A stretch of DNA of 64,000 nt. It comes from Bacteroidota bacterium. GTDB taxonomy: Bacteria > Bacteroidota > Bacteroidia > AKYH767-A > OLB10. Positions 38,325-48,648 of this stretch are shown one piece after another. The stretch is from the NCBI GenBank assembly GCA_023251535.1, contig JAHEYP010000011.1:25104-89103 (forward strand). The letters are read 5' to 3'. The translations under genes and the position numbers were made by a program. The first letter of the stretch is position 1, and each line of letters starts with the position of its first letter. The notes under the pieces were generated by a model. It had not been told where the DNA came from and made no database searches. It saw only the letters and a program-made list of their open reading frames with translations.

Positions 38325-40310
38325 ATGAAAGTAAAAAGTAATAAAAACACCGCTAACTCTAATGCCAAAAACACGGGCAGCAAATTTAAAGTTCTTATTA
38401 TTTTATTTTCGATTCTTTTATACGGGCAAACACTTTCGTTCGATTTTACTTTAGATGATGAGTCTTTTTATACTCAAAATACTTTGGTTCAAGATGGATT
38501 AAAAAACACGCTTCAAATTTTTACAACTCCAAGTTTAGGAAGCAACAATTTATTTACAAGTAATCAACCATATCGTCCAATAACAATTTTAAGTTTTGCC
38601 TTTGAACATCAACTATGGGGGAATAATGCGGCACTTTCCCACTTCATAAATTTATTGCTTTATGGCATTTTACTTTTAGTGCTCTTCAATGTTTTGTCGT
38701 TGCTATTCGCCGAATATAGTTATGTGCTGATTACTTTGATTACACTATTATATGCTGCTCACCCAATTCATGTTGAAGTTGTTTCAAATATTAAAAGTAG
38801 AGATGAAATTTTAGCAGCATTATTCGGATTACTTTCTTGGCAATTCTATTTATCAGCAACAAAAGAAGCAATAGCAAATAAAAAACTTTTAGCCCTATCC
38901 ACCTTAATGTTTTTCTTTGCCTTGCTAAGCAAAGAAAGTGCTGTTGTCTTTTTGGGCATATTACCACTTTCATCGCTTCTCTTAAAGAAGGAAAAACTTT
39001 CGAAAACTGTTACTTCAGTAGGCTTTCTAATAATTCCGTTAATAGTATTCTTATTAATTCGCCAATCTATTCTCATTAACAATAGCGGACAAGTACCCTT
39101 GTTAATTTTGGATAATGTGCTAAATTCCGCTCAATCGAATAGTGAAAATATCGCGACACGTATCTTGATTCTATATTACAATTTAAAAATGTTGATACTG
39201 CCTTACCCTTTATCATGGGATTATTCATATCAGCAAGTTTATGTTACAGGATTCTCTAATATTTATGTGATTGCAGCATTAATAATTTACCTTACTCTTA
39301 TTACATCTTTCTTTTATTTTATGAAGAGAGATAGTATTATTTCGTTTTGTATCTTATTTTATCTTGGCTGCATATTACCAACTTCAAATTTAGTTTTCAT
39401 TAGCAGCGCTAACTTTGCTGAGCGATTCCTTTTCGTTCCTTCTCTCTCCATCGCGATATTGATTTGCTACTTAATTGTTAAGTATACCAAATCTGATACA
39501 CGAAACTTCAATTTCAGATGGAGCAACATGAGCAGTAAGGTTTATTTAACAGTCCTAATTGTATTTTCTGCAATAACAATAAATGGTGCAGGATATTGGA
39601 AAAACAATTTGAAATTATTTGAACGAGGAGTTATTACTTCACCTAATAGTAGCAAAACACACTATAACTTAGGACAAGAGTATTGGAAGATGGCTAAAGA
39701 AAATAACAGTTATTCTTCAGAAAACATCTATGCAATTAAGGCAATAGAAGAATTCAAAAAGAGTATTTCAATTTTGCCAGAAAACTATATGTCAGTAACA
39801 AATCTTGCTTGCGTTTTTGAGCTATCGAACCAACTGGATTCTTCTCTTCACTATTTCGATGTATCGAAAAAAATGTATCCTGACCAGAAATTAATTGAAC
39901 CAAATATATCAGCGGTCTACTTCAAAAAAGCTACTCAGTTCGAAGTTTCAAAAATGATTGATAGTGCTGAAGCGAACTACAAAATTGCTCTTCAATATAA
40001 TCCTTCGAATAGTCTTGCTTCGAATAATTTAGCTTTGATTAGTTACAACAAAAACAATATTGTTGAAGCCATAAATATCTTAAAACAAGCAATTAAAAAA
40101 GACTCAACCGATATCACTTTAGTTGAATCTCTTTCAGCCATTTTCTTCCTCACTCAGGATTACAAGTCAGCAATTGAATATGGCATTATCGGATTAAATA
40201 TCAATCCTCAGTCAAGAAAAATTATTGGTGTTTTGGCAGATGCTAATCATGCTTTAGGCAACAATGATGAGGTGGCTAAATATCAAAACATGATGAATGC
40301 TATCCGATAA
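38325..40310 (+). CDS. TMTC-like membrane protein: N-terminal PMT_2/GT39-like multi-TM domain and C-terminal TPR repeats
   Basis: 661 aa. About 10 TM helices in the first 420 aa, then TPR-like 'YNLGQEYWKM', 'ALQYNPSNSLASNNLALI', 'AIEYGIIGLNINPQS'. Confidence 0.55.
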   Translation: MKVKSNKNTANSNAKNTGSKFKVLIILFSILLYGQTLSFDFTLDDESFYTQNTLVQDGLKNTLQIFTTPSLGSNNLFTSNQPYRPITILSFAFEHQLWGNNAALSHFINLLLYGILLLVLFNVLSLLFAEYSYVLITLITLLYAAHPIHVEVVSNIKSRDEILAALFGLLSWQFYLSATKEAIANKKLLALSTLMFFFALLSKESAVVFLGILPLSSLLLKKEKLSKTVTSVGFLIIPLIVFLLIRQSILINNSGQVPLLILDNVLNSAQSNSENIATRILILYYNLKMLILPYPLSWDYSYQQVYVTGFSNIYVIAALIIYLTLITSFFYFMKRDSIISFCILFYLGCILPTSNLVFISSANFAERFLFVPSLSIAILICYLIVKYTKSDTRNFNFRWSNMSSKVYLTVLIVFSAITINGAGYWKNNLKLFERGVITSPNSSKTHYNLGQEYWKMAKENNSYSSENIYAIKAIEEFKKSISILPENYMSVTNLACVFELSNQLDSSLHYFDVSKKMYPDQKLIEPNISAVYFKKATQFEVSKMIDSAEANYKIALQYNPSNSLASNNLALISYNKNNIVEAINILKQAIKKDSTDITLVESLSAIFFLTQDYKSAIEYGIIGLNINPQSRKIIGVLADANHALGNNDEVAKYQNMMNAIR

Positions 40311-40328
40311 TCAGATTTACATTTCAAC

Positions 40329-40372
40329 AAAAAAAGGCGACTGATTAGGTCGCCTTTCGTTTTTATATTTTT
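40329..40372. terminator. Bidirectional terminator between the TMTC-like gene and glmS
   Basis: aaaaaa-aggcgac-tgattag-gtcgcct-ttcgtttttatattttt. Confidence 0.7.
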
Positions 40373-40374
40373 GC

Positions 40375-42210
40375 TTATTCTACTGTTACGCTCTTTGCCA
40401 AATTTCTTGGTTGGTCAACATTACAACCACGCATTACTGCTATATGGTATGCTAACAACTGCAAAGGAATAACACTTACCAGCGGAACTAAGATCTCATC
40501 CGTTTCAGGTATTTCAATCACGTAATCTGCCATCTTCTTCACTTCTTCATCGCCTTCTGTAACGATTGCAATGATCTTTCCTTTACGTGCTTTTACCTCT
40601 TGAATATTACTTACTACTTTTTCGTATGAACCATGCTTAGTTGCAATTACAACAACCGGCATCTCTTCGTCGATCAATGCAATTGGACCATGTTTCATTT
40701 CAGCTGCAGGATATCCTTCAGCATGGATGTAAGAAATCTCTTTTAGTTTCAATGCGCCTTCAAGAGCAACAGGGAATCCGTAACCACGACCTAAATAAAG
40801 GAAGTTTTTAGCGTCTTTATATTTCTCTGCAATAACTTTTGTTTGCTCATTCGATTTCAAAGCTATCTCTACTTTCGCAGGGATATTCTCAAGCTCATTT
40901 AATACTTGACGGAAACGTGATTCAGTAATTGTTCCGCGCATATGCGCTAACTGAAGTGCCATCAATGTAAGTACTGTTACTTGGGCAGTAAATGCTTTTG
41001 TTGAAGCTACTCCAATCTCAGGTCCAGCATGTGTATATGCTCCTGCATGTGTTGCACGAGGAATACTCGATCCTACAACATTACATACACCGAAAATAGT
41101 TGCGCCTTTTGATTTAGCTAATTCAACTGCTGCTAATGTATCTGCTGTTTCTCCACTCTGAGAAATCGCTACTAACACATCGTCCTCGTTGATAATCGGA
41201 TTACGATATCTGAATTCTGATGCATACTCCACTTCTACAGGAATTCTAGCTAAATCTTCGATAAGATATTCTGCTACTAATCCTGCATGCCATGATGTAC
41301 CGCAAGCAACAATAATCATTCGTTTTGCATTACGAAGTTTCTTATCGAACTCACTGATTCCTCCTAAACGAATAGAACCAGTTTTCGAATCGAAACGTCC
41401 GCGCATACTATCATTGATAGAGCGTGGTTGCTCGTAAATTTCTTTTAACATGAAATGCTCATATCCGCCTTTCTCTAATGCCTCAAGTTTCATCTCGAGT
41501 TCTTGGATGTAAGGAGTCTTGATTTCATTTCCTATCGTCTTCACTGTTAACTTACCATTGTCCATGATCGCTACTTCGCCATCATTTAAGTAAGCAACAT
41601 TTTTTGTGTATTCGATAATTGGTGTTGCATCAGAAGCAACGAAGAATTCATCTTTACCAATACCAACAACAATCGGACTGCCCTTACGAGCAGCAATCAT
41701 TTTGTTTGGCTCCTTCTTAGAAAGAATTACAATCGCGTAAGCACCTACAACTTCGCCTAATGCTAATCGTACTGCTTCTTCTAAAACAACTTTTTCTTTA
41801 TTGAATATTTCTTCAATAAGGTGAATCAATACTTCAGTATCGGTATCACTGTGAAACACGTGACCTTCTTGAATTAATTCAGCTTTTATTGACGCATAGT
41901 TTTCAATAATTCCATTGTGAATGATGGCGAATTCTTGTGTTTGTGAAAAATGCGGATGCGCATTACGATCGTTCGGCTCTCCGTGAGTAGCCCAACGCGT
42001 ATGGCCCATACCAACATGTCCATCTACATTCTTTCCCTTAACGTATTCGGCAAGGTCACTAACTTTCCCTGCTTTCTTGTAAACATTCAAATCGCCGTTA
42101 AGCAATGCAACTCCTGCACTGTCGTAACCGCGGTATTCAAGACGTTGAAGTCCTTTAATTAAAATCGGATATGCTTCACGCTTTCCGATGTAGGCAACAA
42201 TTCCACACAT
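40375..42210 (-). CDS. glmS: Glutamine--fructose-6-phosphate aminotransferase
   Basis: 'MCGIVAYIG' Ntn-amidotransferase start, two SIS domains, 611 aa. Confidence 0.95.
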   Translation of the reverse strand: MCGIVAYIGKREAYPILIKGLQRLEYRGYDSAGVALLNGDLNVYKKAGKVSDLAEYVKGKNVDGHVGMGHTRWATHGEPNDRNAHPHFSQTQEFAIIHNGIIENYASIKAELIQEGHVFHSDTDTEVLIHLIEEIFNKEKVVLEEAVRLALGEVVGAYAIVILSKKEPNKMIAARKGSPIVVGIGKDEFFVASDATPIIEYTKNVAYLNDGEVAIMDNGKLTVKTIGNEIKTPYIQELEMKLEALEKGGYEHFMLKEIYEQPRSINDSMRGRFDSKTGSIRLGGISEFDKKLRNAKRMIIVACGTSWHAGLVAEYLIEDLARIPVEVEYASEFRYRNPIINEDDVLVAISQSGETADTLAAVELAKSKGATIFGVCNVVGSSIPRATHAGAYTHAGPEIGVASTKAFTAQVTVLTLMALQLAHMRGTITESRFRQVLNELENIPAKVEIALKSNEQTKVIAEKYKDAKNFLYLGRGYGFPVALEGALKLKEISYIHAEGYPAAEMKHGPIALIDEEMPVVVIATKHGSYEKVVSNIQEVKARKGKIIAIVTEGDEEVKKMADYVIEIPETDEILVPLVSVIPLQLLAYHIAVMRGCNVDQPRNLAKSVTVE

Positions 42211-42213
42211 GAT

Positions 42214-43512
42214 TTATGGATTGATCTTAGTATATGTAACTATTAATTTCATGGATGTACCACCCTGCAAAACAGTTCGTCGGGCATTTGATGTACTTCC
42301 GGCTGCAGCTATAAATAAGCCGTAATCCTTTCCGCCGTTTTCTACGACTTTTCTCAAAGTTTGTTGCACATATCGTCCAACATTGAACTTATATTCCTGA
42401 TGCGTAGCATCATACGATCCTCCATAATAGGTGGTCGATTCTAATGCGTCGCCTATCGAAGTGTTTTTTCCGAGTGAATCACTGCCAAAAACCAACAGAT
42501 TATCGTGATTGGTAAATCCAGTAGTTGCACTTCCGCTAAGTAACTTAATTACTAACTCCGCTTTGCTAATGGCAATAGGGCCATTGGCATATAATTCTTT
42601 CAAATGAGGAATGTAAATACTGTCTTTTAATCCCGCCATTGATGATACCAATAATTGATTATCTTGTATCAAATCAGTATTTGACGGAAGATAATCATGC
42701 TTGAAGTAGCTGAATCGTACTGCATTGGCATCAATCAAAAACTCATAGTATTTATTTCCGGAGAAGTAAACTGTAAGCTTATGGAAACTACTCGTTGATG
42801 GCATGGTTAATATACTTCCTGTCCCATTTGCACTATCAACTAACACAACTCCTTTCAAGTAAGAAAGGAAGTTAGTATTACTCGAGAATGTGGTAGGATT
42901 TGAAATATACTCTCTCATTAATTTTCCACCAAAGGCAGTGTCGAGCGCCATACGAAGTTGAGGAGCTACTTTCGTTCCTCCTACAACTGCACTGTCAACT
43001 AATTCAGGTATTAACTGAACATGTCCGAGTAAATCTCCTTTCGAATAATTTCTTCCCGAATAGTATGAACTGTCAGTATATAGATCTTGCTTCAGCTCGT
43101 AAACGCTGATATTATGCACCGCTTCTGAGTCGCCAACAATTGCGCGCATATTCATGCTCAACACAATTGAATCGGGAGTAGTAACTCCTGCGAATGTTCC
43201 TGAAGTAATGGTATTTCCTAAGCGAATTTGAGAGACAAATCCGGCGAACGATTTTCCGACATACGGATCATCGAGACTACCGAGATATAAAGTTGGCGAT
43301 TCTAATAAATTCTTCAACGGACTCCACATTACGAGAGAGTCTTCTTCTACCGTATAGGTATTGATAGTGAAAGTATCGATTACACCCACATTCGGCTGTT
43401 CAGAAGCCGGCTGTAAATCAACACCCACTAAATCAGGATCGTTACAGGAAGATAGTAATGCTAGAGCGAGAACGCTCAATAAGATTGATAGGCGATTTAA
43501 CACACGAAACAT
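42214..43512 (-). CDS. Lipoprotein, DUF4270-like
   Basis: Lipobox 'LLSSCNDPD'. The position between glmS and the short glgA-like gene is typical for DUF4270 in Bacteroidetes (from memory). Confidence 0.4.
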   Translation of the reverse strand: MFRVLNRLSILLSVLALALLSSCNDPDLVGVDLQPASEQPNVGVIDTFTINTYTVEEDSLVMWSPLKNLLESPTLYLGSLDDPYVGKSFAGFVSQIRLGNTITSGTFAGVTTPDSIVLSMNMRAIVGDSEAVHNISVYELKQDLYTDSSYYSGRNYSKGDLLGHVQLIPELVDSAVVGGTKVAPQLRMALDTAFGGKLMREYISNPTTFSSNTNFLSYLKGVVLVDSANGTGSILTMPSTSSFHKLTVYFSGNKYYEFLIDANAVRFSYFKHDYLPSNTDLIQDNQLLVSSMAGLKDSIYIPHLKELYANGPIAISKAELVIKLLSGSATTGFTNHDNLLVFGSDSLGKNTSIGDALESTTYYGGSYDATHQEYKFNVGRYVQQTLRKVVENGGKDYGLFIAAAGSTSNARRTVLQGGTSMKLIVTYTKINP

Positions 43513-43555
43513 TTGGCGAAAGTAAAAGAATTATCCGTCCAAACGGTTAAAAAAC

Positions 43556-44383
43556 TTATTCTGCCAACACTGACTCTTCTATCACTGCTTCATCGTAGAA
43601 ATTATCGTACGCTTCTACGTATTCTTCAGGATTCTGATAGCCCAGTGTAGGCTTCGAAAGTTTCTTAAATGCCGATTCAACATCAGGATGAACATTTGCA
43701 GACGACTGGATTACAGCATCTGACCAATTCATCGCTAACTTTGTGAGGTTCACGTAGTTAGGGTCTTTGATGTCTTTTACATCGGCTTCCGTTAGACCTT
43801 CCATCAACGTCTTCTTTGCAAAATTGTTGTTGAAGGGTTCACTAAAAGCATCATCGTATAGCGAATAAACCACTTTACTAGTGTGGAACATCGGATCGTC
43901 TTTGTAGCTTGTCTTGATTAACAACGGAATTAATGCCGTCATCCAACCATGACAATGAATAATATCGGGAGCCCAGCCTAATTTCTTAACTGTTTCCAAT
44001 ACCCCACGACCGAAGAAAATGCTGCGATCGTCATTATCACTGTAGAACTTACCTTCCGCATCACGAATAGTGTGCTTGCGTTGGAAATATTCTTCGTTGT
44101 CAATAAAATATACTTGCATACGAGCCGCCTGAATGGAAGCTACTTTGATAATCAATGGATGATCAGTATCGTCAATGATGAGATTCATCCCCGAGAGGCG
44201 AATTACTTCATGAAGCTGATTACGACGTTCGTTGATATTGCCAAACCTCGGCATAAAAGTGCGGATCTCTTTACCACGTTCCTGAATGCCCTGGGGTAAA
44301 TGCCTAGCTACTTTACTCTGCTCCGTCATTTCCATATATGGATGTATCTCGCTGGAAATAAATAGAACTCGCGCTTTTCTCAT
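43556..44383 (-). CDS. Short glycogen/starch-synthase-like protein (GT5 catalytic N-domain only)
   Basis: 'ARVLFISSEIHPYME', 'IIHCHGWMTALIPLL' resemble the GlgA N-terminal half. Likely start at MRKARVLF (44383) rather than the ORF-track 44464. Confidence 0.5.
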   Translation of the reverse strand: MRKARVLFISSEIHPYMEMTEQSKVARHLPQGIQERGKEIRTFMPRFGNINERRNQLHEVIRLSGMNLIIDDTDHPLIIKVASIQAARMQVYFIDNEEYFQRKHTIRDAEGKFYSDNDDRSIFFGRGVLETVKKLGWAPDIIHCHGWMTALIPLLIKTSYKDDPMFHTSKVVYSLYDDAFSEPFNNNFAKKTLMEGLTEADVKDIKDPNYVNLTKLAMNWSDAVIQSSANVHPDVESAFKKLSKPTLGYQNPEEYVEAYDNFYDEAVIEESVLAE

Positions 44384-44511
44384 GGCTTTTTTCACGATTA
44401 GATTAATGTAGGGCAAAGATACGGAAAATAGACGTATTCTGCAATAATCCAAATCTAGGGACAATATTTCCTGAATTTAGTACAGCTACAGAGGAGAAAA
44501 TATTTCGTCTT

Positions 44512-45432
44512 TTACTTTTCGAGCGATACTTTTCGCAGTAAAAACAACAAGCCCCAAGTCAAAAAGACGCTTATTCCGAGCATTGCACTCTGCCCCGGCT
44601 CTGTTCCAATTGTATCGGGATTGATCTTTAAACTGCCATTTGATGCCGCCCAAGTGGTGATTACCGCCAAGAAATTATTGATGAAATGCGCTATTACCGG
44701 CAACCATAAACTTCCACTCCAGTACATCATATATCCAAGCATCACTCCTAAAGCAAAGCGCGGCAAAAATCCGTAGAACTGCATATGCATGGCACTGAAT
44801 AAGATAGCAGATAAAATGATGCCCGCATGTACATTTCCTGCTAGGTCTTTGAATAGCTTCTGGATTACCCCACGAAACAGGAATTCTTCTCCCAATGCCG
44901 GAATAACTGCCATTAAGAAAATATTAAAAATCAGTCCGCCAATAGAGGTCGTATTAACTAGTAACTTAGTGATCTGCCCTGCATTAGATTCCATTTCTTT
45001 CATCCAATCTTCTACTCCTTTCATCGATGGAGGTAATTCCATCAAACTGTTTGCCATCATCATCCAATTGATAAAAGGGATGGCTACCAGCAATAAAATT
45101 ACTGCAATTACAATTTGTTGCGAATTTGGTTTTTTAATAACGCCCAAATATCCTTTTGGGTCACTCGAAAATAACCACGCTGCTATGATCGGAGGGAATA
45201 AAAAAGTACCGATTGCCGATACTAACTGAATGATTTTCAATGCGTCAATAACTGCGGGATTGGTCAAATCGCTTAACGCCTTCGGATCGGTAAGCACCTT
45301 AACTCCGGTAAGCATTGCCGCCAATAAACTACCCAACGTAGAGAATATCACCCCCGAGATCAGGGCAATTCCTACTAAAATTAAAAACTTTTTGTAAGGC
45401 GTGCGGTCGGCAAGTAAGGCTTTGAACTCCAT
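44512..45432 (-). CDS. CPBP-family intramembrane metalloprotease (CAAX protease-like)
   Basis: 'PALGEEFLFRGVIQ', 'LFSAMHMQF', 'HFINN' motifs, multi-TM. Confidence 0.7.
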   Translation of the reverse strand: MEFKALLADRTPYKKFLILVGIALISGVIFSTLGSLLAAMLTGVKVLTDPKALSDLTNPAVIDALKIIQLVSAIGTFLFPPIIAAWLFSSDPKGYLGVIKKPNSQQIVIAVILLLVAIPFINWMMMANSLMELPPSMKGVEDWMKEMESNAGQITKLLVNTTSIGGLIFNIFLMAVIPALGEEFLFRGVIQKLFKDLAGNVHAGIILSAILFSAMHMQFYGFLPRFALGVMLGYMMYWSGSLWLPVIAHFINNFLAVITTWAASNGSLKINPDTIGTEPGQSAMLGISVFLTWGLLFLLRKVSLEK

Positions 45433-45527
45433 TCTTCTTAATTTTGCGCAAAAATAGACGGTTGAATGATCGGTTGGGGATTTTCTCCGCCTTATTTATT
45501 GAAATCGTTCAACTTCAATCAATTGCA

Positions 45528-46532
45528 ATGGTAAAAATCGGAAATATCGAGTTGGGGGAATTCCCTTTGTTATTGGCTCCCATGGAGGATGTCAGTGATC
45601 CGCCCTTCCGTTACGTGTGTAAACAAAATGGTGCCGATTTGATGTATACCGAGTTTATCTCGAGTGAGGGCTTGATTCGTGACGCAGTAAAAAGTACTAT
45701 GAAGCTCGATATTTTCGAGTACGAACGTCCTATCGGAATTCAACTTTTCGGTTCCGATATCGATTCTATGCGCGAAGCCGCCATCATCGCCGACCAAGCT
45801 AACCCCGATTTAATCGATATTAACTACGGTTGCCCCGTAAAAGCTGTCGCCTGTAAAGGTGCCGGCGCGGCTTTGCTGCAAGATATTCCTAAAATGGTAG
45901 CCATGACTGCCGAAATTGTGAAAGTGGCTAACAGACCCGTTACCGTGAAAACACGTTTAGGATGGGATGATAGCACCAAGAATATTGTTGATGTTGCCGA
46001 ACGTTTGCAAGATATCGGTATCGCTGCTTTAAGCATTCATGGAAGAACTCGTTCACAGATGTATAAAGGCCCTGCCGACTGGACGCTCATCGGTGATGTT
46101 AAAAATAATCCGCGAATTCATATTCCTATTTTTGGTAACGGTGATGTTGATACCCCTGAAGTAGCATTAGAGATGAAAAATCGTTATGGTGTTGATGGAA
46201 TCATGATCGGTAGAGCTACTATAGGACACCCTTGGATCTTTAACGAGATAAAACATTTTGTAAAAACAGGAACACATCTCGCTTCGCCAACTATTGATCA
46301 AAGAATTGAAGTTTGTAAAACACATCTCGATTTTTCTATTCGATGGAAAGGAAATTTTACAGGCATCGTTGAAATGCGTCGACATTACGCAAACTATTTT
46401 AAAGGCTTCGATCATTTCAAAGAATACCGAATGAAATTGGTAACATCGAATAGCTACGATGAAATAATTTCAACTTTAGAAGATGTGAGAATTCGTTACT
46501 CTGAAGGAAATGAAGTGATCACTCCAGCTTAA
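45528..46532 (+). CDS. dusB: tRNA-dihydrouridine synthase
   Basis: 'LLLAPMEDVSDPPFRY', 'INYGCPVKAV', FMN TIM-barrel Dus motifs. Start taken at MVKIGNIEL (45528). Confidence 0.85.
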   Translation: MVKIGNIELGEFPLLLAPMEDVSDPPFRYVCKQNGADLMYTEFISSEGLIRDAVKSTMKLDIFEYERPIGIQLFGSDIDSMREAAIIADQANPDLIDINYGCPVKAVACKGAGAALLQDIPKMVAMTAEIVKVANRPVTVKTRLGWDDSTKNIVDVAERLQDIGIAALSIHGRTRSQMYKGPADWTLIGDVKNNPRIHIPIFGNGDVDTPEVALEMKNRYGVDGIMIGRATIGHPWIFNEIKHFVKTGTHLASPTIDQRIEVCKTHLDFSIRWKGNFTGIVEMRRHYANYFKGFDHFKEYRMKLVTSNSYDEIISTLEDVRIRYSEGNEVITPA

Positions 46533-46651
46533 TTGTAAGAGAAATCTGACGTCCTACTTTTTCCATTTTTGAGAAATGTTTTTTTGTAAAATAATTTTCA
46601 CTTCACGAAATCAATTGTAACAGATTGAATTAAAATTTCATGAGCTTTTCT

Positions 46652-46691
46652 TGTGATTGCAATCATAATCACTTACTATGATATTAATCAT
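46652..46691. promoter_or_regulatory. Two Crp/Fnr-family type palindromes (TGTGA-N6-TCAtA / TGAT-N4-ATCA) about 100 bp upstream of the 609-aa ORF
   Basis: 46652..46667 'tgtgattgcaatcata' and 46678..46691 'atgatattaatcat'; centres about 25 bp apart. Confidence 0.45.
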
Positions 46692-46785
46692 GGTAAAAGC
46701 ATGATTTTGATTTCGGACATTTTTATCCTATTCGAGCTGCAGTATTTAAATTTACCTAATTTTTAAATACGGTGAAAACCAGCTC

Positions 46786-48615
46786 ATGAGAAACATAACA
46801 TCACATACTTTCCATATACCTGTAATGGGACTTGGATATACCATCGACAGCCCTATTAAAGTCGGAAAATATGGAATTACTTCAGTAGTATCTATCATTG
46901 AAGATCACCTCGTAGAACAAATGCGTGAGGTGATTTGTGAACAAGAAAATTTGCCTTACGAGCATATCACAAATAAAGATGCAGATCGTCGTGCAAAACG
47001 TGTTACTGCTTATTTGAATGTTCTAAATGAAGTATTAAATCGCCAGATCGAAAAAATTAATCAGGAAGATTTTGAAACTGATATCGATATCAATCTTTAC
47101 TTTCAGTATTTACCAGAAACTTCTGTTGCTAAAAAGTTATACTTAGAAATGCTCGATTGCCGTGGCGAAAAACGTCAATTGTTACAAAAAGCTTTACGTC
47201 ATCATATTCTTCCGGGTTCCATTGATATCAACATCATGACAAAACTCGATAAAACTAATTACGATGATGATGGAAATCCTTTACCAGTTGAATATTGTGA
47301 TGCAATGGCGGCACTACGCGGCTTTGCAAAAAGTAATTTAGCATCTTCTATTGTTTTTTCCGCAGGATTAAATCCACGCTTGTTCGGATACTGCGAAACG
47401 TTTTCTGATTTCTATCCGAATCGCGATGGAAAAATCAAAAAAACTATCATTCTAAAAGTAAGTGACTATCGTTCTGCAATAATTCAAGGAAAGTATCTAG
47501 CGAAGAAAGGTTTATGGGTATCAGAATTTAGAATTGAATCGGGAATAAATTGCGGAGGACATCTTTTCGTTTCTAACGGATCTCCTATGGGACCCGTAGT
47601 GGAAGAATTTAAAAATAAACGTCACGAATTATATCAAGAGTTATATGCAGAGTGTTCTAACGCTCTAAAGAGTCAAGATCGCTATCCTTTTTCACAAATG
47701 CCTAAAATGAAAATTTCAGTGCAAGGGGGAATAGGTACTGCACCAGAAAATTCTTTCTTATTGAATTATTACAACGTCGATTCAACAGGTTGGGGTAGTC
47801 CGTTTTTATTGGTGCCCGAAGCTACAAATGTTGATGATGAAACATTGCAAAAATTAATCCACGCCAAAAAAGAAGATTATTATATCAGTCACGCTTCTCC
47901 ACTAGGAATTCCGTTCAGCAATTTCCATCATAGTAGTTCAGAACAACAACGTAAAGAGCGTATCAACAAAAATAAACCGGGAAGTCCTTGCTATAAGAAG
48001 TTTCTTTCGTCGGATACTGAATTTACGGAGCGACCAATTTGCACTGCGTCACGTGAATATCAAAACAATAAAATAAAACAACTTAAAGAATCGATCGTTG
48101 ATGCTACTCGCTTAGCTTATGAAATTGAAAAGATTGTTGAAAAAGATTGTTTATGCGAAGGCTTAGGCACTTCTGCTTTATTAAAAAATCATACTAAACT
48201 ATCACATAATTCAAAAGCAGTAACTATTTGTCCGGGGCCAAATTTAGCTTATTTTAAAAGTACTTATAGTTTGAAAGAAATGATTGATCATATTTACGGA
48301 CGATCACCGCTTCACCTTCAAACTAATCGTCCCAATGTATTCGTGAATGAACTTCAACTTTATGCTGATTATTTGAAAGATGAAATTGAAGAAGATCAAT
48401 TTGCCATCAAACCGAAAAAAGCAGGACACTTCGAAGCTTTCAAAAATAATTTATTGGAAGGAATTAATTACTACGAAAAAACATTCACTGAAGAAGTAAT
48501 ATCTCTTTACAACTTCAACGATAACATTCTCGAAGATTTAAAACGCTTGAGAACTGAAATTACCTTAATCGATACAAAACCTGTAATTGCTAGCGAAATG
48601 GCAATTGCACATTAA
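46786..48615 (+). CDS. Hypothetical 609-aa cytoplasmic protein (Gly-rich loops 'ESGINCGGHLF', 'ISVQGGIGTAPEN')
   Basis: No signal peptide or TM. I could not assign a family. First gene of an apparent operon with the lyase and nor genes. Confidence 0.3.
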   Translation: MRNITSHTFHIPVMGLGYTIDSPIKVGKYGITSVVSIIEDHLVEQMREVICEQENLPYEHITNKDADRRAKRVTAYLNVLNEVLNRQIEKINQEDFETDIDINLYFQYLPETSVAKKLYLEMLDCRGEKRQLLQKALRHHILPGSIDINIMTKLDKTNYDDDGNPLPVEYCDAMAALRGFAKSNLASSIVFSAGLNPRLFGYCETFSDFYPNRDGKIKKTIILKVSDYRSAIIQGKYLAKKGLWVSEFRIESGINCGGHLFVSNGSPMGPVVEEFKNKRHELYQELYAECSNALKSQDRYPFSQMPKMKISVQGGIGTAPENSFLLNYYNVDSTGWGSPFLLVPEATNVDDETLQKLIHAKKEDYYISHASPLGIPFSNFHHSSSEQQRKERINKNKPGSPCYKKFLSSDTEFTERPICTASREYQNNKIKQLKESIVDATRLAYEIEKIVEKDCLCEGLGTSALLKNHTKLSHNSKAVTICPGPNLAYFKSTYSLKEMIDHIYGRSPLHLQTNRPNVFVNELQLYADYLKDEIEEDQFAIKPKKAGHFEAFKNNLLEGINYYEKTFTEEVISLYNFNDNILEDLKRLRTEITLIDTKPVIASEMAIAH

Positions 48616-48648
48616 TAAAATCATAAAAAAAGAAAATACATATTTCCT

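Noticed and set aside
46786-48615. 609-aa protein as NorD (NO reductase assembly factor of similar size)
   Set aside because: No C-terminal von Willebrand A / MIDAS 'DxSxS' motif could be found. Kept as unknown.
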